NCBI GenBank assembly: GCA_963737155.1
Contig: CAVTRN010000002.1
Span: forward strand, 1,408,001-1,472,000
DNA length: 64,000 nt
Direction of reading: 5' to 3'
Origin: Nitrospirota bacterium
Lineage (GTDB): Bacteria > Nitrospirota > UBA9217
Numbering within the stretch: the first letter of the stretch is position 1; each line of letters begins with the position of its first letter. The translations under genes and the position numbers were made by a program. The notes below the pieces were generated by a model. The model searched no databases. It was not told where the DNA came from and worked only from the letters and a program-made list of their open reading frames with translations. This document shows positions 8,993 through 20,500 of this stretch, piece after piece.

Positions 8993-9494
8993 GAAAAAAT
9001 AAAAAATGCCGATATCCTTATTGATCAATGTCTCGATTTGTCGAAAGTGAAATACCGCCAAGTCAGGAACCATCAATGTTCCACGTCTGGCAATCTCCAA
9101 CGAATCGGAAGCCTTTCTTGAATAGATCCCTGCGCGAAACAAGTGCTTTTGACTAGAGCATGCTCGTATCGGCAAAGATTGTTGCCAGCGATGTGTTTGT
9201 CTTTATCATTTTGGGAATCCTTGATACAGACCGTAAAGGGCTGTTTCTAAAGTGCATGTCGTATTGATGGGGGGCATGTTCGTGCAATTGCATTATGCTC
9301 ATGCAGGTTATGTTCCCATGTCTTCTCAACCGCAAGGCATAAAATAGATGCGGTCTAACTGCCGGACGAGGGAAAAAGGGAAAAACCGCACGAGCGGCGA
9401 AAGACCTTGACCACACTCGCCGATTAGGCAGAACAGTCTCAACGTGTACCCGGAGAAAATAGCGCGGAGGGAAAAGAATAACACCCGGCAGAAA

Positions 9495-10880
9495 TCAGTT
9501 TTTTTCTGTAACATCCCGAATAGCGTTGGCGATGATTCTCACCATGCTCTTCAGATCTTTCAGAGTGACGGAGAGCGGCGGCATCAGCACGATTACATTG
9601 CCAAGCGGCCTGATAATAAGGCCCTGCCTGCGGCATTCCAGATTAACTTTGTTGCCAATCTTGTCTTCAACCGGATAAGGTTCTCCTGTAGTCTTGTCTT
9701 TCACTAATTCAATCCCGACCATGAACCCTCGTTGTCTCACTTCGCCGACGTGCGAGAACTTTTTAAAAGCCGCCAACTCTTTTGACAGCAATTTGATCTT
9801 TGGCTGAAGTTTTGTAAGCGTCTTCTCCTTCTTGAATAGGTCGATGCTAGCAAGAGCGGCGGCGCAGGCCAGGGGGTTACCGGTGTACGTATGGCCATGG
9901 AAAAAAGTTTTGGATTCCCGGTATTCGCCAAGGAAGCCTTGGAAAATGTCATCCGTTGTTAACGTTGCGGCAAGTGGGAGATATCCGCCGGTGAGACCCT
10001 TCGCTATGCACAGGATATCCGGCGCGACCTCCTCGTGTTCGCAAGCGAACATTTTGCCGGTCCTCCCGAATCCTGTGGCGACCTCGTCCGCGATCATGAG
10101 GATACCGTAAGCAGAGCACAGCTCCCGAATCTTCTTCAAATATCCGGGCGGCTGCAGGAGCATGCCTGCGGCGCCCTGTACTAATGGCTCAATGATGAGT
10201 GCGGCGGTTTCAGATGCATATTTCTGGATCGTTCTTTCGGCATGGGTAAGGCAGGTTTTGAGGCATCCGTGGCGAGTCTGTATGTGTTTGCAGCGGTAAC
10301 AGTTAGGAGTTTCGATCTTGCGGGTCTGAAACAGAAGCGGCTTATATATTCTATGGAATAGATCTATGCCTCCAACGCTTACGGATCCGATGGTGTCACC
10401 GTGATAAGCCTCGGTGAGGGAAAGGAAACCGGTTTTGTGCTGATATTCTGGACCTTTCTGCTGCCAGTATTGGAATGCGATCTTGAGCGCGATCTCCACG
10501 GCCGTCGATCCGCTATCGGAATAAAAGATTTTTGAGAGGCCTTTCGGCGCTATTTTGGAAAGTTTTTCAGCTAGGCGCAATGCAGGGACGTTTGAAAGCC
10601 CCAGCAGAGTTGTGTGCCCGATTTTTTTGAGCTGTGCAACGATGGCAGCGTCGATTTCTTTTTTCCCATGTCCATGAACCGTTACCCAGAGCGACGATAC
10701 CCCATCTAGATATACGCTGCCGTGTATGTCGGTGAGTAAACTTCCTTTCCCGCTTTCGATGATAATCTGCTGTTCCTTATCCCAATCCTGCATCTGAGTG
10801 AAGGGATGCCACAGGTACATCTTGTCCAGTTTTTCAAGGTGGTTCCCTGCAGCCTGTCTTTGCATTTTTCGCGGCGTCAA
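9495..10880 (-). CDS. bioA: Adenosylmethionine-8-amino-7-oxononanoate transaminase
   Basis: LWHPFTQM, SSLWVTVHGH, SGSTAVEIALK, DEVATGFGRTG, AKGLTGGY, HGHTYTGNP; start may be ATG 10865. Confidence 0.95.
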   Translation of the reverse strand: MTPRKMQRQAAGNHLEKLDKMYLWHPFTQMQDWDKEQQIIIESGKGSLLTDIHGSVYLDGVSSLWVTVHGHGKKEIDAAIVAQLKKIGHTTLLGLSNVPALRLAEKLSKIAPKGLSKIFYSDSGSTAVEIALKIAFQYWQQKGPEYQHKTGFLSLTEAYHGDTIGSVSVGGIDLFHRIYKPLLFQTRKIETPNCYRCKHIQTRHGCLKTCLTHAERTIQKYASETAALIIEPLVQGAAGMLLQPPGYLKKIRELCSAYGILMIADEVATGFGRTGKMFACEHEEVAPDILCIAKGLTGGYLPLAATLTTDDIFQGFLGEYRESKTFFHGHTYTGNPLACAAALASIDLFKKEKTLTKLQPKIKLLSKELAAFKKFSHVGEVRQRGFMVGIELVKDKTTGEPYPVEDKIGNKVNLECRRQGLIIRPLGNVIVLMPPLSVTLKDLKSMVRIIANAIRDVTEKN

Positions 10881-10924
10881 AGAAGAGTCTCCCCTGTTTT
10901 TCGTTAAGAACTTCGGTGATTGTT

Positions 10925-10952
10925 ATTATAATGTCCACATGTTTTTTGTCAA
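10925..10952 (-). promoter_or_regulatory. Sigma70 promoter of bioA
   Basis: TTGACA-16 nt-TATAAT on the minus strand. Confidence 0.65.
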
Positions 10953-10965
10953 TCATAAAAAGGGC

Positions 10966-10995
10966 TTGAAAACACTAGCTTCTTTCTGGTAGAAT
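10966..10995 (+). promoter_or_regulatory. Probable promoter of degP
   Basis: TTGAAA-18 nt-TAGAAT with TG extended -10. Confidence 0.45.
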
Positions 10996-11086
10996 AGTAA
11001 GCTTAAACATTACGGCGCAGGACATTTTTCGCGATATATCCCGCACGGGCGAACCAACCCGCTGATCCCGGAGGTTTTTCAATAGC

Positions 11087-12586
11087 ATGATCAAAAAGAA
11101 GAGATTCCTTATTGCTGCTGCATTTTTAATCATGCTTGGCGTGATTGTCGGACTTTTATTGTCATCGCATCTCGATATCGTTTCACCGCTTCGGGCAAAA
11201 AGCCAGTTATCGCCCAAAACAGTGGAAATCCTCACGCAGCTGAGCGAAGCACAGTCTGAAGTGGCTGCAGTCGCCACTCCTTCAGTGGTTAATATATCGA
11301 CAACACGTGTGATTAGGTCGGGAGAAGAAATACCGGGCAATCTCTTTGAAGATCCTTTTTTCAGAAGATTTTTCGGAGATCAATTTTCCAATCCGAATGT
11401 TCCCAGAGAATACAAGGAACAGAGTCTGGGGTCCGGGGTCATCGTGACAGAGGACGGCTATATCGTTACGAACAACCATGTGATCGAGAAGGCCCAGGAA
11501 ATCAAGGTTTTGCTTTTGAACAAGAGGGACTATAAAGCAAAGGTTGTCGGAGTAGATCCTAAAACCGATATCGCTGTCATCAAGATTGACGCCAAGGGAT
11601 TACCGGCGCTGTCATGGGGGGATTCCAACAAACTCAAAGTGGGAGAGATCGTTTTTGCGATCGGGAACCCATTCGGATTGAACCAGACCGTAACGATGGG
11701 CGTGATCAGCGCCGTCGGACGTGCGAATGTAGGCATTGCAGATTACGAAGACTTCATTCAAACTGACGCAGCTATCAATCCTGGAAACTCGGGCGGAGCG
11801 CTTATTAATACACATGGCGAGTTGATCGGCATCAATACGGCCATCCTGTCGCGGTCCGGTGGTTACCAGGGAATCGGATTTGCCGTACCGAGCGGCATGG
11901 CCCAGCAAGTGATGGACGACTTGGTGAAGTATAAGAAAGTTGTTCGCGGTTGGCTCGGCGTTAGTATCCAAGACATTAACGAAGATCTTGCCGAGGAATT
12001 CGGCATTAAGGATCTCCAAGGCGCTTTGGTTAGCGGCGTGATGAAGGGGAGTCCTGCGGAAAAAGCCGGCATTAAGCAGGGAGATGTAATCCTTGACTAT
12101 GACGCCAAGGTGGTTGAGGATACGGGTCATCTCAGAAATATGGTAGCCCAGACCCCCATCGGCACGACGGTAAAAATCAGGCTACTGCGCCAAAAAAAAG
12201 AGTTTGTAGTTGAAGTGAAAATTGCCGAACTGTCGAAGAAAATCGCAAAGGCTTCGACCGGGGAAGAACTCTCTGAACAGGCAAAAGAGGGGGAAAGCAG
12301 TGCCTTGAGTGGATTGATCGTGCGCGAACTCACGCCGGAGCTTGCAAGCCATTTCGGCTATGACGAGCATGAAAAAGGCATCATCGTAGTGAAGGTTGAT
12401 GCTTCCAGTAGCGTTTTCGAAGCTGGAATCCGACCCGGTGATATAATCATCCAGCTCAATCAGAAAAGCATGACGACACTGGAGGCGTACAACAAAGCTG
12501 CATCCAGGATCAAAGGGAAAGACAGGATACTGCTTCTTGTACGCAGAAGGGGGCAGGATTTATTCGTCACTATTAAGCCGGAATAG
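11087..12586 (+). CDS. degP: Do/DegQ family periplasmic serine protease with 2 PDZ domains
   Basis: N-terminal hydrophobic segment, GSGVI, TNNHV, TDIAV, AINPGNSGG, two PDZ domains. Confidence 0.93.
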   Translation: MIKKKRFLIAAAFLIMLGVIVGLLLSSHLDIVSPLRAKSQLSPKTVEILTQLSEAQSEVAAVATPSVVNISTTRVIRSGEEIPGNLFEDPFFRRFFGDQFSNPNVPREYKEQSLGSGVIVTEDGYIVTNNHVIEKAQEIKVLLLNKRDYKAKVVGVDPKTDIAVIKIDAKGLPALSWGDSNKLKVGEIVFAIGNPFGLNQTVTMGVISAVGRANVGIADYEDFIQTDAAINPGNSGGALINTHGELIGINTAILSRSGGYQGIGFAVPSGMAQQVMDDLVKYKKVVRGWLGVSIQDINEDLAEEFGIKDLQGALVSGVMKGSPAEKAGIKQGDVILDYDAKVVEDTGHLRNMVAQTPIGTTVKIRLLRQKKEFVVEVKIAELSKKIAKASTGEELSEQAKEGESSALSGLIVRELTPELASHFGYDEHEKGIIVVKVDASSSVFEAGIRPGDIIIQLNQKSMTTLEAYNKAASRIKGKDRILLLVRRRGQDLFVTIKPE

Positions 12587-12677
12587 GGAAGTCTGTTGAA
12601 CGGTTTGCTGATTCGTCGGCTGTCACAGCTTATTCACGTTAGTATACTTTAAGCGTTCAGGAAAGGGGGTGAGAACG

Positions 12678-13697
12678 ATGGGACTGATACTTATAAGGAT
12701 ATTATTTATTTTATTAAGCACTCTGCTCGGTTATTATGTATCCACACAGCTCTATGATCAGGTCAGCAAACTTGAGGGAATGGCGGTGGGATTCAGTGTT
12801 GCAGTGTTGATCATCCTTACCGAATTCTTGTTCAGACGAGTCTCATTAAAGGTCATCATTGGCGGCATTCTCGGTTTTATCCTCGGCCTGACAGCTGCAA
12901 ATCTTATTGCTGCTCCCCTGAAACTCGTACCTCTTGAGCGGAGCATTGTCAATTTCATTCTGTTGCTTATGAACGGTTTTTTTGGATACATCGGCATCAC
13001 GATCGGCATCAGGGAGGGAGAACGTTTTAATCCTGCGAATATTAAAAAGTTGTTCAAAAGCGGTGCGGAAGAAAATATCAAAATCATGGATACCAGTGTT
13101 ATCATCGATGGCAGGATTGCCGATGTATGTGAGACTGAATTCCTGGACGGTACGATCATCATTCCCCAATTTATTTTACACGAGCTCCAGCATATCGCTG
13201 ACTCCTCGGATTCGCTGAAACGGGCCCGGGGACGAAGGGGCCTCGATATTCTGCATCGTATTCAGAAGATGAACCATATGGAAGTCCGTATTACCGAGGA
13301 AGACTTTCCGAAAATACGCGAAGTCGACAGCAAGCTGATAGCGCTGGCTAAAAAAGTGGGGGCAAAAGTCGTCACGAACGATTTTAATCTGAACAAAGTT
13401 GCAGAACTCCAGGGTGTCAAAGTGCTGAATATCAATGACCTCTCGAATGCGGTTAAGCCGGTTGCGCTTCCCGGCGAGAGTATGCGGGTCTTCGTGCTCA
13501 AGGAAGGCAAGGAAGTGGGGCAAGGCGTGGCATACTTGGATGATGGCACAATGATTGTTGTGGAAAACGGGCGGAAGTACATCAACAAAAACATTGATGT
13601 TGCAGTTACGAGCGTTCTGCAGACTGCGGCGGGCAGGATGATTTTCACGAAGCTGAAAGAAGACTTTGAACATGACCTACAACCGGCGGAGCGATAA
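12678..13697 (+). CDS. Membrane PIN/TRAM domain protein (YacL family)
   Basis: TM helices then [47 protein letters not shown]. Confidence 0.92.
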   Translation: MGLILIRILFILLSTLLGYYVSTQLYDQVSKLEGMAVGFSVAVLIILTEFLFRRVSLKVIIGGILGFILGLTAANLIAAPLKLVPLERSIVNFILLLMNGFFGYIGITIGIREGERFNPANIKKLFKSGAEENIKIMDTSVIIDGRIADVCETEFLDGTIIIPQFILHELQHIADSSDSLKRARGRRGLDILHRIQKMNHMEVRITEEDFPKIREVDSKLIALAKKVGAKVVTNDFNLNKVAELQGVKVLNINDLSNAVKPVALPGESMRVFVLKEGKEVGQGVAYLDDGTMIVVENGRKYINKNIDVAVTSVLQTAAGRMIFTKLKEDFEHDLQPAER

Positions 13698-13813
13698 TTT
13701 AAAGAAGAAGGCAAACAGGATACGATAGATGGCGAATGTGGGAACAGGAGCAGGAAACCTTGCTGCGACTCCGGTTTGTCCCTTTAATCATATTCTTTAT
13801 CTCAGGAGGTTCA

Positions 13814-14557
13814 ATGTCAGGTCATTCGAAGTGGGCGACAACAAAACACAAAAAAGCCGCTACCGACGCGAAGCGCGGAAAGATATTCACCAAGCTTGCG
13901 AAAGAAATTACGGTTGCGGCAAAGCTTGGCGGCGGCGATCCCAGCGGGAACCCCCGTCTCAGAACGGCGATTGCCAAGGCAAAGAGCGTCAGTCTCCCCG
14001 CCGAAAATATCAAGCGCGCTATCCAGAAGGGCACGGGTGAACTGCCGGGCGTATCCTACGAGGAGATTATTTACGAGGGTTACGGGCCGGGAGGGGTAGC
14101 GGTCATCATCGAAGTTATGACTGACAACCGGAACAGGACGGTATCGGAAATTCGCAATATTTTCAGCAAAGCCGGCGGCAACATGGGGGAGGCAGGCTGT
14201 GTTTCCTGGATGTTTCACAAAAAAGGGTATATTGTAGTAAGCAGATCCAAGGCCGATGAGGATAAACTCATGTCACTGGCACTTGACGCAGGCGCCGAGG
14301 ACATGCAGACAGAGGACGATAATTTTTCGATTACGACGGCACTGAATGATTTCGAGCAAGTGAAGAAGGCGCTCGAGGACGCGGGGGTGGCTCTCGATGT
14401 AGCTGAAACCACCATGATCCCGCAAACCTACGTGAAACTCGACGGTAAGGAAGCGCAACAGATGCTGCGTCTCGTTGAAACACTGGAAGACAATGACGAT
14501 GTACAGAACGTGTACGCCAACTTTGATATTCCCGAGGAAATCATGAACGCCGAGTGA
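13814..14557 (+). CDS. yebC: YebC/PmpR family protein
   Basis: MSGHSKW start with [31 protein letters not shown]. Confidence 0.96.
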   Translation: MSGHSKWATTKHKKAATDAKRGKIFTKLAKEITVAAKLGGGDPSGNPRLRTAIAKAKSVSLPAENIKRAIQKGTGELPGVSYEEIIYEGYGPGGVAVIIEVMTDNRNRTVSEIRNIFSKAGGNMGEAGCVSWMFHKKGYIVVSRSKADEDKLMSLALDAGAEDMQTEDDNFSITTALNDFEQVKKALEDAGVALDVAETTMIPQTYVKLDGKEAQQMLRLVETLEDNDDVQNVYANFDIPEEIMNAE

Positions 14558-14649
14558 CGGGTTGTTTCCAGCTGTTCGTGATGAATGAACTCTGTAAAAT
14601 CAGCTGATCGCGAATAGATTGCGCATCTGGTTCTGGCGAGGGAGGAGTT

Positions 14650-15207
14650 ATGAGGGTACTAGGCATTGACCCGGGGACGCTGACAAGCGGGTATGGGATC
14701 GTAGCTGAAGAAGACCACAAGCTTTTTCATGTCGCCTCAGGCGGCATCAGTCCCTCTGTTAAACAGCCATTTCCGAAGCGGCTCAAAAAGATTTATGAGG
14801 AACTCGAGAAGATTATCGAAAAGTACAGGCCCAATGTCGTCGTGGTGGAAGACCTCTTTGTGTCGAAAAACATCAAATCGGCCCTCAAACTCGGCCACGC
14901 CAGGGGAGTCGCAATTCTTGCGGCAATGAACGCAGGGCTTCCAGTATTTGAATATGCCCCTCTGGAAGTGAAACAAGCTGTCGTGGGGTACGGAATGGCG
15001 GGTAAAAAACAGGTGCAATTAATGGTAAAAAACCTACTGGACCTTCAGAAAGTTCCCCATCCTGCCGATGCAGCCGATGCCCTTGCCGCGGCGATCTGTC
15101 ATATTCATTCATCACGGCTCCGAGAGATTCTCAAGTCTCCCTCGTCCCTGCGCCAGCCAGGAAGAGAAGTCGGCGTGGCGAGAGTCCGTAGGTCACAGGC
15201 AGGATAA
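14650..15207 (+). CDS. ruvC: Holliday junction resolvase
   Basis: LGIDPG, LGHARG, VKQAVVGYG, DAADALA. Confidence 0.96.
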   Translation: MRVLGIDPGTLTSGYGIVAEEDHKLFHVASGGISPSVKQPFPKRLKKIYEELEKIIEKYRPNVVVVEDLFVSKNIKSALKLGHARGVAILAAMNAGLPVFEYAPLEVKQAVVGYGMAGKKQVQLMVKNLLDLQKVPHPADAADALAAAICHIHSSRLREILKSPSSLRQPGREVGVARVRRSQAG

Positions 15208-15208
15208 G

Positions 15209-15808
15209 ATGATCGCCTTACTTACAGGGAGGCTCAGGCGTAAGGCCGTCGATCACCTTATTATCGATGTGTCCGGTGTGGGTTATCAGGTGCAGACGCC
15301 CTTATCCACCTATTACAAACTTCCGGATAGCGGAGAGGAAGTCACTCTTCATATTCACACGCATGTCCGCGAAGATACTCTGTCACTATACGGTTTTCTG
15401 GGGGAAGAGGAAAAGGATTTGTTCCTGCTGCTGATGGGAGTTTCAGGAATCGGTCCCCGCCTCGCCCTCGGCATGCTGTCTAGCCTGTCTGTCACGGATA
15501 TCGCTCAAGCCATACAAGCTTCCGATGATTCAAAACTCTGTAGCATCCCCGGTATAGGGAAGAAGACCGCCGCCCGACTAATTCTTGAACTGAAGGACAG
15601 GATGATACAGCTGTCTGTCACTGCTTCGACATCGGACCACAGGGCCGCAACAACAGACCATAGAGAAGATGCACTTTCGGCACTCATGAACTTGGGATAC
15701 AAAAAACAGCATGCGGAAGAAGCATTGAAGAAAGTGCTTCACGTTCAACCCGGCCTTACAATCGAGGCCCTAATCAGGGAAGGGCTTGCCGTTCTGATGA
15801 GGTGCTGA
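15209..15808 (+). CDS. ruvA: Holliday junction branch migration protein
   Basis: MIALLTG, GVGY, VRED, VSGIGP, PGIGKKTA; start re-set to ATG 15209. Confidence 0.96.
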   Translation: MIALLTGRLRRKAVDHLIIDVSGVGYQVQTPLSTYYKLPDSGEEVTLHIHTHVREDTLSLYGFLGEEEKDLFLLLMGVSGIGPRLALGMLSSLSVTDIAQAIQASDDSKLCSIPGIGKKTAARLILELKDRMIQLSVTASTSDHRAATTDHREDALSALMNLGYKKQHAEEALKKVLHVQPGLTIEALIREGLAVLMRC

Positions 15809-15857
15809 GAACCCCCCCAAGGGGCATGATGACCACCGCTATGTCATATAGACGTTT

Positions 15858-16889
15858 TTGAGGGTGAAATTGCAGGAGAGAATCATAGAGCCGGAACAAA
15901 ACGATGACGATGTTCAACTCGACAGGAGTCTGAGACCCCTTCACTTTGACGACTTTGTCGGTCAGGAACGGATCAAGGACAATCTGCATGTATATATCGA
16001 AGCGGCAAAGGGTAGAAGAGAGGCGTTGGATCATGTGCTTTTCTGCGGGCCGCCGGGGTTGGGAAAGACGACGTTAGCGAACATTATCGCGCATGAACTG
16101 GGCGTTAATATAAAAACTACGTCCGGCCCCGTACTCGAGCGCGCCGGCGACCTTGCCGCTATCCTCACGAATCTCCAGGAGCGCGATGTTTTATTCATCG
16201 ATGAAATCCACCGGCTTAACCGAATTGTCGAGGAAATTCTCTATCCCGCTATGGAGGATTTCCAGCTGGACATCATTATCGGACAGGGACCAGGTGCCCG
16301 TTCGATAAAGCTTGAACTCCCGCAATTTACTCTTGTCGGTGCCACGACACGTACGGGTTTGCTTACGTCCCCGCTCCGGGACCGCTTCGGCGTCATTGAC
16401 CGGCTCGGTTTTTATGACACAGATGAACTCAGGAAAATCGTCCAGCGATCTGCAGGGCTACTTCAGACCACGATTGATTCCCCCGCCGCCCTGGAAATTG
16501 CACGTCGCTCCCGGGGCACCCCCCGTATCGCCAATCGGTTGCTCCGGAGAGTTAGAGATTTTGCCCAAATCCAGGGCGATGGGACTGTTACTCCTGAGAT
16601 TGTTGCAAGCTCCATGAAAAGGCTCGAAGTCGATGAGAAGGGCTTTGACCACATGGATCGGAAACTTCTGCTCTCAATTATTGACAAATTCGATGGCGGA
16701 CCGGTAGGGCTTGAAACGCTCGCTGCGGCACTCAACGAGGAAAAGGACACCATCGAGGATGTTTATGAGCCGTTCCTGATCCAGGAAGGTTTCCTTGACA
16801 GGACGCCTCGGGGCAGGCAGGCCACGCGTCTTGCCTATGAGCATTTCGGCAGAAAAAGGCAGGCATCGACGCAGGGGAAATTGTTGTAA
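15858..16889 (+). CDS. ruvB: Holliday junction helicase
   Basis: [34 protein letters not shown]; exact start uncertain (15858-15870). Confidence 0.97.
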   Translation: MRVKLQERIIEPEQNDDDVQLDRSLRPLHFDDFVGQERIKDNLHVYIEAAKGRREALDHVLFCGPPGLGKTTLANIIAHELGVNIKTTSGPVLERAGDLAAILTNLQERDVLFIDEIHRLNRIVEEILYPAMEDFQLDIIIGQGPGARSIKLELPQFTLVGATTRTGLLTSPLRDRFGVIDRLGFYDTDELRKIVQRSAGLLQTTIDSPAALEIARRSRGTPRIANRLLRRVRDFAQIQGDGTVTPEIVASSMKRLEVDEKGFDHMDRKLLLSIIDKFDGGPVGLETLAAALNEEKDTIEDVYEPFLIQEGFLDRTPRGRQATRLAYEHFGRKRQASTQGKLL

Positions 16890-17012
16890 ATAAGGCTCAA
16901 TGAGACGCCGCTCAACTCCTCGTCATGCTCGGTTTTTCCGAAGTTTCTCGCACTAGTTGCAATACTCAAGGCTGGATTGGGTCAGCCGGAGCCACCACTC
17001 GGAGGCATATTC

Positions 17013-17549
17013 ATGAATGTCTTGCTCCATATCTGTTGTGCCCCCTGCGCGCTCTATCCCTACTTTCGGCTGAAGGAAGAAAGAATGGAGCCAACAGGCT
17101 ACTTTTACAATCCCAACATCCATCCTTATCAGGAATATCGCAGAAGGCTCGATACAGTCAAGGAATTTGCCGCACGGGTTGGTCTGGATGTGATGTACCG
17201 GGATGGATATGAACTTGATCCCTTCCTGCTCCGCGTTGCCGGCAAAGGGGCTCTTCGGTGTGAGCAGTGCTACCGGATGAGATTGGACGCAGCAGGAGCG
17301 GCTGCCCGGGAAAAAGGATTTAGGATTTTCACGACCTCTCTCCTTTATAGTAAGTACCAGAAACATGATCTGATTACGGGGGTAGCGAAAGAAATGGGTG
17401 CAGAGCACGGTGTGGAATTTTATTATGAGGACTTTCGCCGAGGCTGGCGAGAAGGAGTTGTTGAATCAAAAGCCATGGGTCTGTACCGCCAACAATACTG
17501 CGGATGTATATACAGCGAACATGACCGGTATAGAAAAGTAGCGGACTAG
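17013..17549 (+). CDS. queH: Epoxyqueuosine reductase QueH (DUF208)
   Basis: LLHICCAPC, FYNPNIHP, RCEQCY, LYRQQYCGCIYS; GGAGG RBS. Confidence 0.9.
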   Translation: MNVLLHICCAPCALYPYFRLKEERMEPTGYFYNPNIHPYQEYRRRLDTVKEFAARVGLDVMYRDGYELDPFLLRVAGKGALRCEQCYRMRLDAAGAAAREKGFRIFTTSLLYSKYQKHDLITGVAKEMGAEHGVEFYYEDFRRGWREGVVESKAMGLYRQQYCGCIYSEHDRYRKVAD

Positions 17550-18140
17550 GTTTGATCCCGGGCATAAGGGCTTTCGATTGTTATGCTGGCGAAAATAATT
17601 CTTTTACAGCATCTTCAGACGGCAGCCCGGAGCGTATACCGAGCTTGGCAGAATTTCGCAAACAGGGAAACGGATTGCTGCTCGTTGTCAGCGACTGGAC
17701 ACTGAAAATTACCTCCGAAGAGCACTAGTATCCGAGATTTTGCCTGCTAGGAATACGAGGTACTGATTGCGCGGCGGTCGCCGCGAGAACTTACACTTTG
17801 TGACAGAAGAGATTAGCGGGTTGTCGGCACAAACAGTTGTAGCCGACGTGAATCGTTAGGCTTATATATGCACCCAGAGGGGCCTTCGCAAGCGAATTAG
17901 GCGATAAAGGACCCCAGTATCGTTTTCGAATTGGAAATTGACGAGAGCGAAGTCGAATTTTAATGAAGAGGATTGGGTCAAGGTGTTAGGTGTCGGTCTG
18001 TGCTAATTGTTAGCCGATGTAATAGCGAAGAGGGGTGGATTAATATACCATTCATTTGCACCACGACTCGGGGAAAAAAGACACCTTCAGTTGCAGTGAT
18101 GTTTGTTACGGGTTTTTCCTGGGTCGCCAGATCATTTCTC

Positions 18141-18169
18141 TTGACTCGAACAGGCCACGCGGATAATAT
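18141..18169 (+). promoter_or_regulatory. Probable sigma70 promoter of the TPR gene
   Basis: TTGACT-17 nt-TAATAT. Confidence 0.45.
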
Positions 18170-18247
18170 TATACGATGCGCAGAGTTAATTCCGTTGTTC
18201 GTAAGATCAGCGTGAATGTCGGCATCGACGTATTTCAAGGAGCAAGT

Positions 18248-19090
18248 ATGGCACGTATGAAAAAGAAATCAAAACAACCGTCAAAACCAACATCAGCTGC
18301 CGCCGTGGCTGCAACGACAACAACGATAAGAAGAAGCGATACTTTTCTGGTTGTCATCCTGTCCTTGTCGCTACTGATTGCCGGAGCCTTGACTGTTGCA
18401 TCATATGTAAGGAACAGCATCTACCGGACCCAAGTTGCCCTGTGGCGCGACATAGTGAAACGTTCGCCTGACAAGCGAAGGGCTCATGAGAACTTAGGAC
18501 AGGCGTTGTCCACTGCCGGATCGATTGCGGGGAATCCGAAGGAAGCGATGGAACTCTACCAGGAGGCTCTGAAGCAGTTTGGGATGGTCCTGGCGCTCAA
18601 GGACGATGGCAGTGTGCCGATGCGGGACCTGTACCGCGAGACCGGCGTGGTCTATTTCCGCATGGGGATGTATAATGATGCGATTATTGCTTGGCAGACC
18701 GGGTTGCGGTACGCGCCTAACGATCCAAGCCTTTCAAACAATCTGTCGATTGTGCTTATGCAGAACGGAAGATACGATGAGGCCGCCGCGCAGGCTCAAA
18801 CGGCTCTTGCTATGGATCCCCGGATGCCGCAGGCCCTTAATACCATGGGCCAGGTGTATATGGCCAAACAAAATTTCAACAAGGCAGTCGAGTATTTTGA
18901 AAAGGCGCTTCAAAGCGAGCCGGATGTGCCTGCTCGGTATTGGAATGTTGCGCTCGCCCTGTCGCAGGCGAAGAAATACGATATCGCACTGCAATACGCG
19001 AACAAGTACGCCTCCATGGAGTCCGACCCCCAAGGTCGTAAACGCGCTGCAGAATTCATAGGTTATCTGCAGACTGCCATGAGACATTGA
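18248..19090 (+). CDS. Membrane-anchored tetratricopeptide repeat protein
   Basis: One TM helix, RNSIYRTQVALWRDIVKRSPDKRRAHENLG segment, several TPR repeats; AGGAG RBS. Confidence 0.8.
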   Translation: MARMKKKSKQPSKPTSAAAVAATTTTIRRSDTFLVVILSLSLLIAGALTVASYVRNSIYRTQVALWRDIVKRSPDKRRAHENLGQALSTAGSIAGNPKEAMELYQEALKQFGMVLALKDDGSVPMRDLYRETGVVYFRMGMYNDAIIAWQTGLRYAPNDPSLSNNLSIVLMQNGRYDEAAAQAQTALAMDPRMPQALNTMGQVYMAKQNFNKAVEYFEKALQSEPDVPARYWNVALALSQAKKYDIALQYANKYASMESDPQGRKRAAEFIGYLQTAMRH

Positions 19091-19306
19091 CCTCATGCAT
19101 GAAAAAAAACGATCGGGAATTGAACTGTACTCCGGGATGGCTCGTAACCGCGAAATTAAAAAATTGTAGCTGATGATGAAACAGATGAAATACCCGCCAC
19201 TAAGCCGAATTCACGGTCACAGAAGGTAGCAAACTGCAGGTGATCCCGAAGCCCGTCTTATGTCCTTCTCCTGCGTGCATTACTTTGGTTAGTTCCTGCC
19301 ATCGTG

Positions 19307-20500
19307 CTACTTCAACGCATTCAATGCTTTTTCAATTCTATTTATCCCTTTTTGAATATTCTCCATGGATGTCGCATAGGAAAGACGGATGTACGCATCG
19401 GCGCCGAAGGCGTCCCCTGATACAAGCGCTACCTGAGCATCGTCGAGAAAATAGGCGGCTAGGTCGGCCGAGTTCTGTATACATTTGCCCTTGGCACTTT
19501 TCCCGTAGAAGGACGAGACACGTGGGAAGGCGTAAAATGCACCTACCGGCATAAGACAGGAAACTCCCGCCATATCATTCAGCCGGGCCACCATGTATTT
19601 TCTTCTTTTGTCAAACTCTGCATTCATAGCCCCGATGAAATTCTGGGGTCCGCGGAGGGCTTCCACTGCTGCTTTCTGAGATATAGACGTGGGGTTTGAT
19701 GTGCTCTGGCTCTGGATGTTGGTCATGGCGGTTATTACGTCCCGAGGGCCTGCCGAATAGCCGATACGCCAGCCGGTCATCGCATGAGACTTGGATACGC
19801 CGTTCACTACAATAGTCAGGTTTTTTATCTCCGGGCTGAGCGAAGCAATGCTCGTGTGCGTGAATTCGTCATAAATCAGTTTCTCATAGATTTCGTCGGA
19901 AATAATATAAATATTGTGTTTGATGGCCACAGCGGCGATGTCCTCAAGCGTTTTTTTGTCATATGCAAGGCCGGTGGGATTCGAAGGGCTGTTCAGGATC
20001 ACCGCTTTGGTCTTTCCAGTGATGGCTTTTCCAAGCTTCTGCGCCGATAGCTTGAATCCCTCTTCTTCCGTCGTTTCCACGATTACCGGAATAGCATCGT
20101 TCAACAGCACCTGGTCGGGATAGGAAACCCAGTAGGGCGCGGGTATGATGACCTCGTCGCCAGGGTTGAATAAGGCCTCAGCTATATTGTAGAGACTATG
20201 CTTCGCGCCGCAGGAGATCAGAACTTGCGTTTTTTCATACTGGAGTCCGTTGTCGTTCCTGAATTTATCTATGACGGCTTCTTTTAACTCGTCTGTACCG
20301 CCAGCCGGAGTATATTTGGTGAATCCCGATTGAATCGCCTTGATGGCCGCCTGCTTTACATTTTCCGGTGTGTCGAAATCTGGTTCACCGACGCCGAAAT
20401 CCACCACATCGATCCCCTGGGCCTTCATCGTTTTTGCTTTTGCTGCGGTCGCCAGGGTGGGGGAAGGTTTAATGACCTGTGCCCGTTTTGCAATTCCCAT
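19307..20500 (-). CDS. Class I PLP aminotransferase (aspartate aminotransferase type)
   Basis: GEPDFDTP, PYWVSY, NSPSNPTG, SDEIY, NGVSKSHAMTGWRIG. Confidence 0.93.
   Translation of the reverse strand: MGIAKRAQVIKPSPTLATAAKAKTMKAQGIDVVDFGVGEPDFDTPENVKQAAIKAIQSGFTKYTPAGGTDELKEAVIDKFRNDNGLQYEKTQVLISCGAKHSLYNIAEALFNPGDEVIIPAPYWVSYPDQVLLNDAIPVIVETTEEEGFKLSAQKLGKAITGKTKAVILNSPSNPTGLAYDKKTLEDIAAVAIKHNIYIISDEIYEKLIYDEFTHTSIASLSPEIKNLTIVVNGVSKSHAMTGWRIGYSAGPRDVITAMTNIQSQSTSNPTSISQKAAVEALRGPQNFIGAMNAEFDKRRKYMVARLNDMAGVSCLMPVGAFYAFPRVSSFYGKSAKGKCIQNSADLAAYFLDDAQVALVSGDAFGADAYIRLSYATSMENIQKGINRIEKALNALK

Noticed and set aside
8939-9514. Short minus-strand ORFs between yceD and bioA
   Set aside because: No motifs or clear RBS; one overlaps the yceD promoter
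10940-10975. Possible BirA operator upstream of bioA
   Set aside because: Half-sites and spacing do not fit; explained by back-to-back -35 boxes
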